DNA of 62,883 bases, filler included, from Choristocarpus tenellus KU-1152 (Eukaryota; Protista; Phaeophyceae), in assembly GCA_964200185.2 (NCBI GenBank). It is 9 parts of 9 records of this genome, joined end to end, with 100 filler letters (N's around TTAATTAATTAA, not from the genome) between each part and the next. Parts side by side here need not be neighbours in the genome. Positions count along the whole stretch, not along the records: positions 44,605 to 51,043 come from CAXNAD020008141.1; positions 51,144 to 55,282 come from CAXNAD020016025.1; positions 55,383 to 62,883 come from CAXNAD020006058.1; 6 more parts are not named here. The stretch is one strand, 5' to 3'. Both the position numbers and the translations under genes were made by a program. Numbering within the stretch: position 1 is the first letter of the stretch; every line of letters starts with the position of its first letter. Below, in pieces: positions 47,811 to 60,300 of this stretch. The notes beneath the pieces are model-generated. The model saw nothing but the letters and a program-made list of their open reading frames with translations. It made no database searches and was not told where the DNA came from.

Positions 47811-50800
47811 ATTGTTACTTTCACAGGGGTGCTTACAAAATTGGCTTTGACTTTTTCCTGACACATTCGCAAAAATGTCAAGGGGGCTTAATTACGTGTA
47901 AAACATGTACAAACGGTTCCCAGGTATAAATGCAATTGATTTGAATCCCTCCACAATGATCTACCGTTGTCACATTGTTGTCGGAACATTTGTCCCACAC
48001 CACTCTCAGAAATATGAGTGAGTGCAAAGGAGTCAACTCCTAAATCTTAGATTTGTGAGGATGTGCACCATCGTAAATAACTCAGATTTATGACAGGAAC
48101 AGCAATTGATTTGTTGGAAATTGAATTGTAGGCCATAGATTGGATTTAATTTGTCTGACTTATGAAATCCTTGATTCCCTTGAATATCCTGATGAACTGA
48201 TAACCCTTTGACACTTTTCACCTCATCTCTCGAGTAATTTCCTGTATTAATTCCCATGACCTGCCATCATAGTTCCGGGATGAACACACATACTATCGGC
48301 TGCGGCATGGTGGTCTGCCAAAATCGTTGGAAGTGGAAATGGACGACCTGGAGAGTAAGGCAGGGGAGTTTGGGCTGTACGACCTATCAGACTTCTACCA
48401 GAGCAGCTTGTTCCGAGATAAACAGTACGTTCCTTAAGAATTGACCCTGTCTTTTGCATCCATTGTTTCTGGTCCTTTCTGCAACCTTGGGGGTCCTGGC
48501 TTTCTTGCTTTTGTTGAACTAATAATAGTAATGTTATGTCTACGACATATTCTATTCGAATTGTTGACCACTTTGCACGGGAAGTGGGGAGTGAGACTGT
48601 AACTCACTTAGCACAGTAACAGTGGGATCGTAAGTAGGACTTTCGACTTGGTCGGGTATCAAACCTGAGTAATGAGCTGTACAGCACAGTCCGTATCTAT
48701 TTAGTGAAGCTATCATACTACAACCAGGAATCCCATCCCATCTCTGGTATGCTCCTCAAAATACATGCAGGTTGTCGGTTGATCGGGAACGGCGAAAAGT
48801 TATCAAGACCTTCTGAGTAAGGGTGCTCTACAAGGATGTTGACACAGCATCCTAAACTGTGCCCCAAGGGACAATGTATCTCATCCAATCCAGTGGCGTA
48901 TGCCAAGACTATGGTGTCCTAGTGGGCACAGTGCATTGGGGTATACAATTCCGCGTCTCCAACATCTGGTGGTCGACTAAGTGCTCAGTCTTGTTTGTTT
49001 TAATTCATTCTGGAGAAAGCGGATGTATTGGGGCTCATAGCCCGTGCACTAATCTTTGTACAATTACTAATAGTAATATTAGTGGTACGGTATTGATCGT
49101 GAAGGATTAGACCACAGATTAAATTATGATTTCCTGATACAAAAGCAACATCAAAGAGTAGCACTGGTCCCTAACGACTAGTTGAACTTTTGGTTGTCCA
49201 ACACCAGCAACATTGTCTTACTTGTAGTGTGAGTCGCATTGTATTTACTCTTGAAACGTTGATTGTTAGGAATAGTTGTCTTTAGGGAAGATCTCATCTT
49301 CGTTAGTGCTGCTGATGCTTGTTGAGTTGTTTGTATGTTGGAGGACATAATATTCTTATGCGTGTATGAATGCGCAAGAACTGGTTGGCGCCACTTTCAT
49401 CAGGCAGAAGTATATGGGCTCCAAGAAGAGGTGTGAATACAGATATTGTATTGTCTGCATGACATCAAGAATATAATTATTACGAAGTGCCTACTGCTCT
49501 ATGTATTTGTACTATTATTCAGCTTCAATCACATACAACGGAATGGTTACAGACTGGTGGCACCTGATGATGATGGAGAGGCTAATCAAGCGCAGAGTTG
49601 CATACCTTGTACTTGGATAGTAGATAGTATTGCGAATCGAATTGGTTCCTCATTAGCATTCTCAAAAAATAGGCAAAAAACCCATTGATGTACTGGATTG
49701 AATGCAACAAAGCACACAGTGTGCATGGAGGAGCGCATAGAGTACCAATTGTCGTGAAGAAACGTATAGCCAATAGCTCAGTACACACGTGCTGGAGAAA
49801 ACTTTCCGCCAATTGAAATTTTCATTCATGATGATCTAAACTTCGTTTCTATAAAAAAAACGGCATCATGTGGTAGCAGCTTTGAGTGTGAACACCTTCC
49901 AATGGAACCAAATATGACAGGAGTTCGACAATGGAACAGTCAAGTTATGCCAAGAGTACGTTCGCTATGCCCTATTCTGAGATCAACGACTGCAATGTTC
50001 CAAACTGATTATAGAAAACGCCTGTTCTTCTGATGAATCTCAAACCCGGAATAATATGACTTGATCGTGGAAAGCATATCATCATTTACTTCATTTAAAA
50101 GCATTGATAATTCTTGTGCGATGCTGATCAGTATATCTCAATAAAGGAATGTGTTGTAGAAGCTTGGGTAGTGTTCTTCCACTCCATGCAAATACTCCAA
50201 TTGCCATCAAGATGAGGAGATGGGTTGTATCTCTCCCTGCAGTCTTTGTTGGGATAGATCTGCTAGGGCATTATGTCCTCCAGGAGGAAAAGTCCATATA
50301 ATTTTTGCCATAAGGTACGTTGAACACATTACCTAGTTCCTAACCCTATCCCACGCCAACAGGTTAAAGGATTGATCTAACAACCAAAGAAATAACCAAC
50401 GACAAAAAAAAGAGAGAAGACAAGAACGAAAAAGGTAAAGGAAGGAGTACTGTCCCAAGCGAGCCAGAGCAGATTCCATGCCGGGCATGTGGGAGCAACA
50501 CCAATATTCCATCAACCAACCAGTTTGATTAGTGGCGTTCTAGGAGACTCACTTGAGCAAGACGGGATGGCAGGGGTTCAACCCAGGGACAGGTCCCCCA
50601 GCAGTACAGCACGCCCATGTAGCAACCAGTTCGAGGTCTTGGAGGAGAGTTGCGAGTCCAATGAACCAGCACTACCTACATCCCTCAGGTAGGATACCGT
50701 GGAGAAACTTCTCCTGGACTTCAACTCTAGCCGACTTCACCATCAAATTCTTTGAATCGGTTAAGGATGGAAGGCAGTGTGTCACCATTCCAGACTCAGA

Positions 50801-50947
50801 CTTGATATTGGTACTCTCACAATACCGTTCAAGGATTTGTTTGTTGGTGATGCCAATGAAGTAGTCGGTACCGGCAAATGAACATGAAGCGTATAACAGT
50901 CGATTTCAAAAATTGAGGATGGAGCTTTTCATTGAGGATGGACTTGA

Positions 50948-51043
50948 CCCAAAATTGACTGGGATAAAGTGTCGATATGTTTTTTTCTGTATTGTCATAA
51001 AATAAAAAAATCATATCGACACTTTATCCCAGCCAATTTTGGG
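50948..51043. repeat. Contig-terminal inverted repeat (~35-bp arms)
   Basis: CCCAAAATTGACTGGGATAAAGTGTCGATATG / CATATCGACACTTTATCCCAGCCAATTTTGGG, ending exactly at the gap. Confidence 0.85.
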
Positions 51044-51143
51044 NNNNNNNNNNNNNNNNNNNNNNNNNNNNNNNNNNNNNNNNNNNNTTAATTAATTAAN
51101 NNNNNNNNNNNNNNNNNNNNNNNNNNNNNNNNNNNNNNNNNNN

Positions 51144-51210
51144 CTTCCTGGGTGAGGTTGTCAGATGCCACAACATGATGTTGTGGCATCTGACAACCTC
51201 ACCCAGGAAG
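51144..51210. repeat. Contig-terminal perfect hairpin (33-bp arms, 1-nt loop)
   Basis: CTTCCTGGGTGAGGTTGTCAGATGCCACAACAT-G-ATGTTGTGGCATCTGACAACCTCACCCAGGAAG. Confidence 0.9.
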
Positions 51211-52633
51211 GGGTTAGAAGAGTCAACTTTGCGCAGAATGAGGCCGTCGGTTACGGAAGACATAATTGGAGAAGAGTGGAGTATGGAGACACGACACCTG
51301 TAAGAAGAAGGTGGAGAGGTGGTCAAGTCTGAGGATGAAGACGGAGAGGTGGTTAGCAGGTTTATGGTTTCGATGATGATGATGAAGGATTTGCCATGTT
51401 TGAGCGAAAATCCTTTCGTGTGCTGCCATGGGCGGCTGCTAGCTAACATGTTAAATAGATTGATGTTCCCAAGAATCGTGTATGTAAATGACTCGATTAA
51501 TTCCTTATTGTGTAGATCAGGTTGTACATGAAGTATGGAAGGTGAAAGGAAGGAGTGAACCTCAAAACTCAAAGGGTGGGGTCCTTGTAACCTTACCATT
51601 CATATTCTAATATCACGTCACTCATTCTGTGTCACTTGCTACAACTTTCCCTTTCTAGGATTCTTCTTGTTGCACCATAATAGCCCGGATAATCATTCTC
51701 ATTATTAATCAACAGAAAACTTACCTGTCCATTGTCCTGTTCTCGAAACATTATCCAACAACTGATTATTTGTCCTACAAAATCTTTTGCGCATGAATAA
51801 AATGCATATTGTTAACATTCGAACTTATTCTCCAGAGATTTCCTCCCCTATGGCAAATCCTCTCCCTCTATGAATGTTCCTTTCATTCGTTGTCTCTCCA
51901 TCTCCTTCTCTATGGCCACTTGCCATTCTTGTGCATCAATCCCTGCTTCTGACATATAAGATGGTTCTTGATGGTCCGGAGTAGGTAACACTCACTCCCC
52001 CACCAGTGTTGTACAGGCAGCCCTTGCCGACCACTTGTTTCGCCAGGGTGCCTTCCCTGTGAGAGTAAAAAAGGTCTGCCATTGTGGCAACCACCTTGGA
52101 AAGAGCAACACCTCCCCGTACAGCGGTTGGTTGCTTGGCTCCTCCTTTGGGATTTGGAGTTTTAACTCTACTCTTCTTACAAGCGAGTGGGGGGTCGTGA
52201 AGGGGTGCCATTGCAGCAAGCACCTCTGATGTTGCTGCTCCTATCCCCTCTGGTGGAGGCTTAGCTACTGCTCCCGGTGATATCCTGCTCCCCTTGATGG
52301 CAGGTACGATGTTCGCTTTTTTGCTCTGTAAGGAAGAATCTTGAGGTCTCCAATTGATTGGTATGCCCCCCTCAGAGACAAGTGTTGGGACTGCTCCAGG
52401 TCGATCTGGTGCAGGCTTGGTCACGGACAACATGGACACTATCAGTGGTGGGTTATGCTGGTGACATACCGATCCAAGCGACAAGTGGGTCTGCGGCAGC
52501 AATCATGGAGAGATTCAAAACGAGAATGCAGACGGCAGAGGTGCATGGATGGAATTAGAGTCAATGGAGGTTGTGTGGAGGACGAGGTCCCTGTACAAAT
52601 CCTCATGTGGGAAGAACGCCTGTGGGAGGTATG

Positions 52634-55094
52634 TGTGCAATATAGGCTAGGTAGTACTCTGCCCCTGTGTGCAATGCCATAGCCCCCGAGCTCCTAGTTG
52701 TTTCCCCTGTGACCTCCGTGGTCATATAAGAAGAGGAAGAGATGATGGCATTCTTCAGTTGATCATATGTGAGATTTGGAGTTGTTGACAGCTGTGCGAA
52801 AACCTGATGCAGTACAGTCTCTTGCCGCCCGCATAGCTCACATGCTCCATCCGCCATTCTGCCCACTTCTCGCTTGTATGCCCCAGCGCTCCACTCCATA
52901 GTGGCAGCATACGGTGGGTCCGCTTACATACCAATGAGGCTCACAACCTATACTGCCACTATGGAGTGGAGCGCGGGGGTATACAAGGGAGAAGTGGGCA
53001 GAATGGCGGATGACGCTGGTGAGCTATGCGGGCGGCAAGAGACCGTACTGCATCCTACAACCAGCATACCGCATTCCTGCACCTCCCACAGCTCTGATAC
53101 ATCATTTGAGAAACGCTGCGCGTACGATGAATACGTCAGGCATCGCAAGGCCTTGTAGTTCCTGCTGGGACAGGCCACGAAGGGTGCTGCAGCTCGAATT
53201 AGAGCAGATCTATGGGGAACGCGCTACTGTTCAGCGGCCCATGCAGCTCATAGCTCCAGAGATGAAATTATGCCACATGTACTGCTCGTCAGTGGAGGAT
53301 ACTGCAGATTTCGTCATTGGTGTCAATCGTATCTGGACAAGAGTATGAGCAGGTGGAGGCACCCAAGATCATGCCAAGAAAGGAGCTCTGATCGTAGGTA
53401 TCAGGGACAGCATGCCGCAGGTATTTGCGCAGATATGTCCGTGTGGAGGACGAGAGATCCCCATGCTCGACAAAGGACGCACGGGGGACGAGAGATCTCC
53501 GTGCAGCTCACGGGAAGATGCGTGAAGGTTTAGACCCCGGTGCAGCTCAACAGAAGACGTGCGGAGGACGAGATCCCCGTGCAGTTCATCATCAGACCCG
53601 ATATAAGCTACAAGAAGCTGAAACGGGCAATAGTATCATCATCAACAAGGGATATGGTACAATCAATGACGAGTAAGAACTGGAAGTCTAGGAGGAGGAG
53701 CAGTCATCACAACACTTGTCCCTAAAGGGGGGGCTAAGGAGGGATTGCTTGTGGTATCGACCACAACTCCTCCCCCTACCGAATCTCGAGAGGTGGAAGA
53801 CATCAGTTCGAGACTGGAAAGGTTGGAAGGCTTAATCAGGAGCTCTTATTTCGATGACAAGAGAACATTACCCTTTGTGACTGTCTTCTCTTGTGTTCTT
53901 GCAAATTATTTGATTTGACTTTATCCCCCATCTGTTGTGTATTTGGTGCATACCCACGGTAGCTAAGTGACAGCTATGGTGTTGTATGCAGACTGACTTT
54001 AGATAGAAGAGCTATTAAAGTCAGGGAGAGGTTTTCCTCATTTTTGTGTGTATGGTGTTTCAGTAATAAGTCAATTGTTTAGTACTACTTTTTTCCAAGG
54101 TTTCACTTTAGGCGTGACACTAGGGATATTTCGTGGATCGTGGGAGACGCATTTTGGTATGACTAAGGACCCACAGTAGAAAACACCCCAGGATATGTTC
54201 GTAGAGATTGTGATAGGATAGGTAGGAAGTGACAGTTCCACAATATTACTTTGTTCCGAAGATTTGTAGTGGTGATTTACTAGGGAAGTTTTGTTGATTG
54301 TAGGAGACGCTGGATGTATTGCTAAGGACCCTGCCATTTCATGGATTGTGGGAGACGCAATGTGACATCGCTAAGGACTTGCAGTAGAAAGTGCCCCATT
54401 TAGAATTGATGACTGATTTTTTGTACCTACACACACCCAATGTCAACATTGATACGGCATACGTCACTGCATTTTTATTAGAGGCATTCTGGGGGAGATA
54501 GGCACTCTACAGGACCAGACTCCCTGGTTCTGTGACATCCGTGGTGCTATTCAGGCGGGAAGCATCACAGGCTTCAATAGCAGGACCGAGAACGTAGACA
54601 TGAAATTGAAGTGTACCAGAGTGTATGTAGATCAAGGCATATTTCACATTGAGTATATTCCAACACGCAAGCAATTGGCAGACGTGTTAACCAAGTCTTC
54701 ACGCAAGAGTTTTATTTCTGATTTTGTGATTCCGTGCTCTCAAGTCGAGAGTGAGCTTCAGTCAGCAACTTTGCTGCACGCTCATGGGGGAGTGTGCAAT
54801 ATAGGCTAGGCAGTCTATAGGGTCTTATCTGTTTAGTGAACAGTGAAATGCATCAAAAGTACTGACTGAGTAGAGTAAGGGTCAAGGACTTGATATGGTG
54901 TGCTTAGAGTAGCAGATTCGAGTCTCGATGGAGTGATTTCTTATTTTGTTCAATATAAGTGGTTGATGTAGTGCGACTGACACACACATTGTTGACGTGT
55001 TTGCTGACGTGCGCAATAGATAATAATATAAGGGAGAGCACCCCACCACCAAGGGCTGTGCTCACTCCGCTAATAAATACATCCATACAACACA
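52634..55094 (+). mobile_element. Rearranged, internally deleted Ty1/copia element (gag remnant, RNase H, PPT, 3' LTR)
   Basis: RNase H tail FCDIRGAI..RTENVDMK..TRVYVDQG..IEYIPTRKQLADVLTK (~54470-54700). PPT GGGGGAG at 54786-54792 is followed by TGTGCAATATAGGCTAGG, which also occurs at 52634. The LTR right end is approximate. Confidence 0.75.
52806..53054. repeat. Inverted repeat (~105-bp arms) of the gag-like start, head-to-head
   Basis: Both strands encode MEWSAG.YK.EVGRMAD.A.ELCGRQETVLH. Confidence 0.9.
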
Positions 55095-55263
55095 AAGCAA
55101 AGACTCTATTGGAATAGCTCTCTTTTGCATAGTATGGTGCTCCTTGACTATGGACATTACAGATTTCGTAGTCCAACTTGAAAATACATGATGTAACCAA
55201 CGAGGAGGTGAAGCAGGATATTAGGCATCAAGAAGACCATGCCGAACATTTTTGCACACCTGA

Positions 55264-55282
55264 GGATCAAAGTATCTGGGGG
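55264..55282. mobile_element. MITE family C end at contig break
   Basis: GGATCAAAGTATCTGGGGG. Confidence 0.75.
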
Positions 55283-55382
55283 NNNNNNNNNNNNNNNNNN
55301 NNNNNNNNNNNNNNNNNNNNNNNNNNTTAATTAATTAANNNNNNNNNNNNNNNNNNNNNNNNNNNNNNNNNNNNNNNNNNNN

Positions 55383-55410
55383 CCAGCCCCCCCCCCAGAT
55401 ACTTTGAGCC
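55383..55410. mobile_element. MITE family C terminus at contig start
   Basis: poly-C-AGATACTTTGAGCC. Confidence 0.75.
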
Positions 55411-55532
55411 ATCACTAGTCGATTTCGGTGAAAAAGATGCAGGCTCTCCAGTCATATACGGAAAAAAACATTTATATGAAAACTATCCCTCTGACAGTCT
55501 TGCAAAATGATTGCCGCGCCTGCTTTGGATAG

Positions 55533-55831
55533 GGGAGGGGGGGGGAGGGAGTCAGGAGGATGCTGGAGATGGAGGTATTTTGGTGTTTACAGGTTCCAAG
55601 ACTGGGTGGGGTAGAATAAGGTTATTGTGCTTAAGATTCCTGAGCATTAGCATCACCACACTATCATATTCTTGAGTTGAAATGACCTTGACTCCTCACC
55701 CCATTTCATTCATACAGGACTACATCACAGCCTCAGATTTTGCCGATATGTTCATGGCCTGGTTGTATGCTGATACAACCATAGGGCAACTTATGCAGAA
55801 GGACAATGCTAAGCCTCACTACTCATCATGA
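55533..55831 (+). CDS. Possible last two exons (55533-55574, 55718-55831) of an unidentified gene: GRGGEGVRRMLEME|DYITASDFADMFMAWLYAD...PHYSS*
   Basis: TAG/GTATTT and pyrimidine-tract CAG boundaries, phase-consistent, ends in TGA. No family recognised. Confidence 0.35.
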
Positions 55832-57371
55832 GTGGTGGGTAGGAGGAAGAAGCAGCTATGATTCTTGCCGTGTTCCAAGTCCACTCAAAGCATTTTGTGG
55901 ATACTGAGCCTGCACCGTTTAGAAATACCACATTCTCTCAACTCTACCCTTCTTGGACTAAGCACTCCAGTGTTGTGCACAATATTGTAGCTTGTGTTTT
56001 TGGGGTTGCTCATCAACTCACTTTTCAACACTGGGGTTGAATGTGAAGCTGTGCAGATTGTAGTTTATTCGTGTTGCCTGCTGCTTTACAAGTCTTTGCC
56101 CCTAATTAGCTTGACCTGCCCCAAAGAGTGTAGTCCATTTATTCATACAACTAGCTGGAATGTGATGTTAGGAAGCGCACCATTCATAATTCCATTCTGT
56201 AGTACAGTACATCCCAAACAACTTTGGGTGCTAGTATGGATGCAGTGCATTAGTGGGTACACTGGTGCCGTTTACACTGGTATCTATGATACCATTGGCA
56301 CCATTTTGTACTTTCTTGTACAAGTCTGAAACTGCTAGTACAGCTCAGGATCAACACGCTAACCCTACTTAGGGAGGATGCGTGCTCATCTTGTTGGGCA
56401 GGGAGTGTGAGCATGTGCCTCGATACGATTCTTTAAAGATTGAATTGGAGGCATTTTACGAGAAGGACTGCATGTCGTAGAAACCCCTCCTCCCAATGTT
56501 TTCCGGGGAAGATAAAACAAAGCAGATGCAAGGAATTGCAAAGGTGCCATTTTCAATGCTTTCTATGCAGTGAGCACAACAGCGTCACCAACATGTTTCA
56601 AAGACAGCAATTAATTTAAATCACAGCCTGAGGAAATTCAAAAGAGTTGACCATATTACAGGAAATAAAAAACCTGCAAGGGTAAGGTTCAGATGATGTA
56701 GAGGGATAGAGCTCTATGTGTAGGGACAAGGGATTGAGACAGCTGATGACTTGAACCAAAGTATATTCCCTTTGCGGAGCAAAAAGTGTCTCAAAGTTCG
56801 TTCTCACTCATCACTGATATTTTTCTGGGGATGAACTGTTCCTAACCTCAAAGTCACTCTTGCTCATACAACAAGGGTTGACCACCTTGACCGCTTGACA
56901 CTTGTGTGGGGTTATTGTGCTAATCTTACGACATATTATGTGTCTGAGGAAGGTTATGCAGTGCCCAACAGGCTATTGCTGATGAAGTGTACATTGTTGC
57001 AAGAGGAAAGAGGAGATTTACAAGGGAAGAAGCTCTTCATTCACTCACTTTTTCTTATGTTCAAAGACATGATGTGTTTCACAAGATTACTTACACCTTT
57101 TATGTATAACAGAATTCTCACAGCATGTAGGGCTATCATATTGTCTTAATATATGGTGAATGCCCCTGGTTCCCTCTATCTCTGCAACTGTAGCAGTACC
57201 ACCAAAGATGTACCAAGTGCTTCCTCCAACTAATGATCATTGACAAAATAGCCTGAATTGACCAACACAAGCTACTGATCCAAGTTCCCCCGAAGTAGAA
57301 TATCGCTACATATTGGGCCCTATTGTTGAAAATTAATTACATTTAGTGCTTGGAGGATAGCCTTAAGCTCC

Positions 57372-60300
57372 TTATGCATACAAGCCAAGGGCAACTGCCT
57401 GTTTCTCCATGGAAGAAGCAGGTGTGTTTGTGCATCCTTGGGTGTCTATCCTTGACTGTGCCCTCCGCATCATCCCTCTTGGCCTTCCACTGCTACCTGT
57501 CGTTTTTCTTTCTTCTATGCGTTGATTCCCACCCTGCCCTGGCCTGCTGTTTCCGTCCTCAAGGGTGACTATGCCCTGGTCGCCTCTCTTTGCCCCCCCC
57601 CTGATGGCTTGGTTCAGGCAGGAGGTGCTCTGTTGTTGTGGTGATAGAATCGAGCAAGGGGGCACCATGATTGGAAACTCAACTTTCATACACGGTAGCA
57701 GCCCTCACTTATCCTTGACTTACAAAGGAGAAAAAAAATGTGTGACTGATATCTGATTAATCCTTTCCTCATAAAAAAGAAATGTAGATGCATAGCAGAT
57801 GCACTTTAGCTGCTATTATCTACCATACTATATTTTGTTCCATCTAGCTGGAGTTTAGGCAATGCAATTATTTGCTTGTTGTACCGATATGAGGACCTTA
57901 CAGGCAACAATGATTTTGCCCATGCACGAAGTTTTTTCATTTCATTGAAAAAATAAGGGGAAACACCCCATGTTGTAAGAAAGGTGCGTGGGGTTAACAG
58001 TAGGTGTGGTCCTGGGCTCACCTTACTCTTCCGCAAGGCAGACAGATGGTGTGATGATGGGCTACCACCTCGTTGGTGTGTTTCTGGGCCAAAGACTATT
58101 CCTCCTTTTTTCGTCCCTGTTTCTGAACCTGTAGCCTCATCAGCAAGATTTGCCACCCCTACACCCTCCCCGTTCAAGCCCTCATGACCATGGGCTTTGG
58201 CATCCTTGCTTCGCAGTGCCCCACCCTTGCGCTGCCAAATGTAAAGGGACCAGGTCGCTTCAAGGATGTTCTTAATGTAGATGAGAGCATTTGGAGCTAC
58301 AGGTCAATTGAAGCTCCACTACTAAGCCAGCTACTGCTGGAGTAGGTAGGTGCAGGTATTGTACAAGTTTCACTCTATACTCTTGTTTCCATGCATGAAG
58401 GCCTGTGACTTCTTTTTTACAGGTAGTCCATTCTGCAACGTAGTTCATCGTAAATGTGTAGCACAGAACCTATTGTACTTTGCATCTCAATTACAAAACT
58501 GCCACATTATGAAATGTAGAATCCAAATAATAGAAACAGTGGCAACTATTTTGCAGAGCTGTGTGATGCACCTGATCGATTTTGTCGAGTAGCTCCTCAT
58601 CATTACTAGTCATGTACTCAGATGGGACAGCCATCTTCGCGAACTGCATTGCCTTTGGGACTTCATCTTCCTCTTCACTGAACCCCTCCTGTGCGGCCAA
58701 CCAATGGCAGGTACAGGAAGGACACATTGTTGAATATGGGAGAGTGAATGAAAACCTTCAAAGTATAGCATCTTGCTCTTATGTTTTGTGAGGAGAGCAG
58801 AGTTAATCTGCAGTTATCACTCCAGGAAATTTAGGCCTTCTTACTCATGACCTATTTTGAAGTCTCAACTAGGACAGCAACGACTGTTAATACACTTGTC
58901 CTTGCTCAATAGGTTTTACATCACCTCTGCCTGAACACTACCAAATATGTGCCCTTCAAGCCATTCACAATCTAACCTTTAGGTCATCTGGGGGTGGTTT
59001 CACCACTAGAGCCTGCCCCTCAATTGTTGGTGGCTCTGGGGGAGGTGGCAGATGTCCAACCCAACCGCATGCCCGTTTCACGTACGACACAGCTTGCACC
59101 TGTAAATTTCGGACGAGTTCAAGGGGTGGATTGTTTTGGTCTGTCATCTCATCCATCAGAAAACATGTCAGACTGGTCAGTAACACCACAGATATACCTG
59201 TGATGGAGAAGACAAAGATTGGTTCTGATCTTACAGCCCACCGCCCACATCAAGGAAAACGTTATGGTATATATTGTACCCGACAGCAGAACTTGCTGTA
59301 GACACGAAAAAAATGTCCAAGATATTCCAACGACTGTATAAAGTACGCAAGACTCACACGCAATACGATGGCACATGATCATGCTCTAGAAGGTGATCAA
59401 TCGACTGAGAAGCAATGACAGGGTCAACCCTCAGCTTTGGCCACCTTAGGCAAGCTTAAGTTTATGTCACCATGAAGATGCAACCAAGAAAATAGGCCTC
59501 CCTACTCGCCATTTCATACAATCGAATATTCCATCCTACACCAGTATTTCAACAAGTTCGAGGCCTTAGACCCCTGGATTCACCTTCAAGGCCGACATAG
59601 CGGCATAAGCAGACTGGTCCTCTGCTGGACTGTGGATGCCAGCAGTGAATGGAACAATATCTGGAGCAGCAAATAAACTCCCAATGACAACATTTTCCGC
59701 GTCAAGGTCACCCGGACCATCAAGAGAGCGAGAGATAAGGGCTGATACTGTCCCTTCTTCAATGCCCATGCCCACACCCCGGGTTAAGTTGCTGAGGGCA
59801 TCGCTTGCCAACTGTTGTATCATCATCGTGTTGGTTGTATGTCAGATGTTTGCTGAGGAATCACTTACTCATAAATTTTTTATCACCGGGGGTTTGGTAT
59901 TGAACAGGCAAGTAAAATGACACTTGCAAGTTGTGTCACAGGGATTGATAGCTATTTTTACAACATTCCGTCACATAGGGGGCATGTCAGTGAGAGATAT
60001 ACACAGTGTAGTTGAGTGAATAGATTTTATATCTCAGTTTTTATTAAATCAGATGAGTTTTAGCAAAGCTCATGAGGTCTTTATTTTCACCATATGCTGT
60101 CTACCCCTCTCCTCCCCCTCACTCATATTATTGTTGCTGGTTTGCTAAGTGTTGTTTATCTTCGCATTTCTCATGGACTTCTGTCACAGCTTTGCTAGTC
60201 CATAAGCAAGCTCCCAAGAAAGGGAAGCAGCCACCAAGAGCCCTCTAATTCCTAATCTTTTGTTCGTTTTCCCCCTCCTAACCTTTTTCTGTGCCTCACT

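Noticed and set aside
48200-48960. Very decayed gypsy RNaseH/integrase-like sequence on the minus strand
   Set aside because: The motifs are too eroded to assert without a profile search.
49350-52600. Possible decayed transposase and LINE ORF1 pieces (e.g. SNQFEVL; ORFs 51096-51599 and 51936-52502)
   Set aside because: Low-complexity or stop-riddled, with no diagnostic domain.
4257-55382. Recurrent TTAATTAATTAA flanked by Ns as a biological repeat
   Set aside because: It is an identical 100-nt six-frame-stop linker added between contigs.
8528-55410. Family C ends facing each other across spacers 2, 3 and 8 as evidence the contigs are truly adjacent
   Set aside because: Flanks do not give matching TSDs (at best CGA/TGA at spacer 2). 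High copy number at contig ends explains the pattern.
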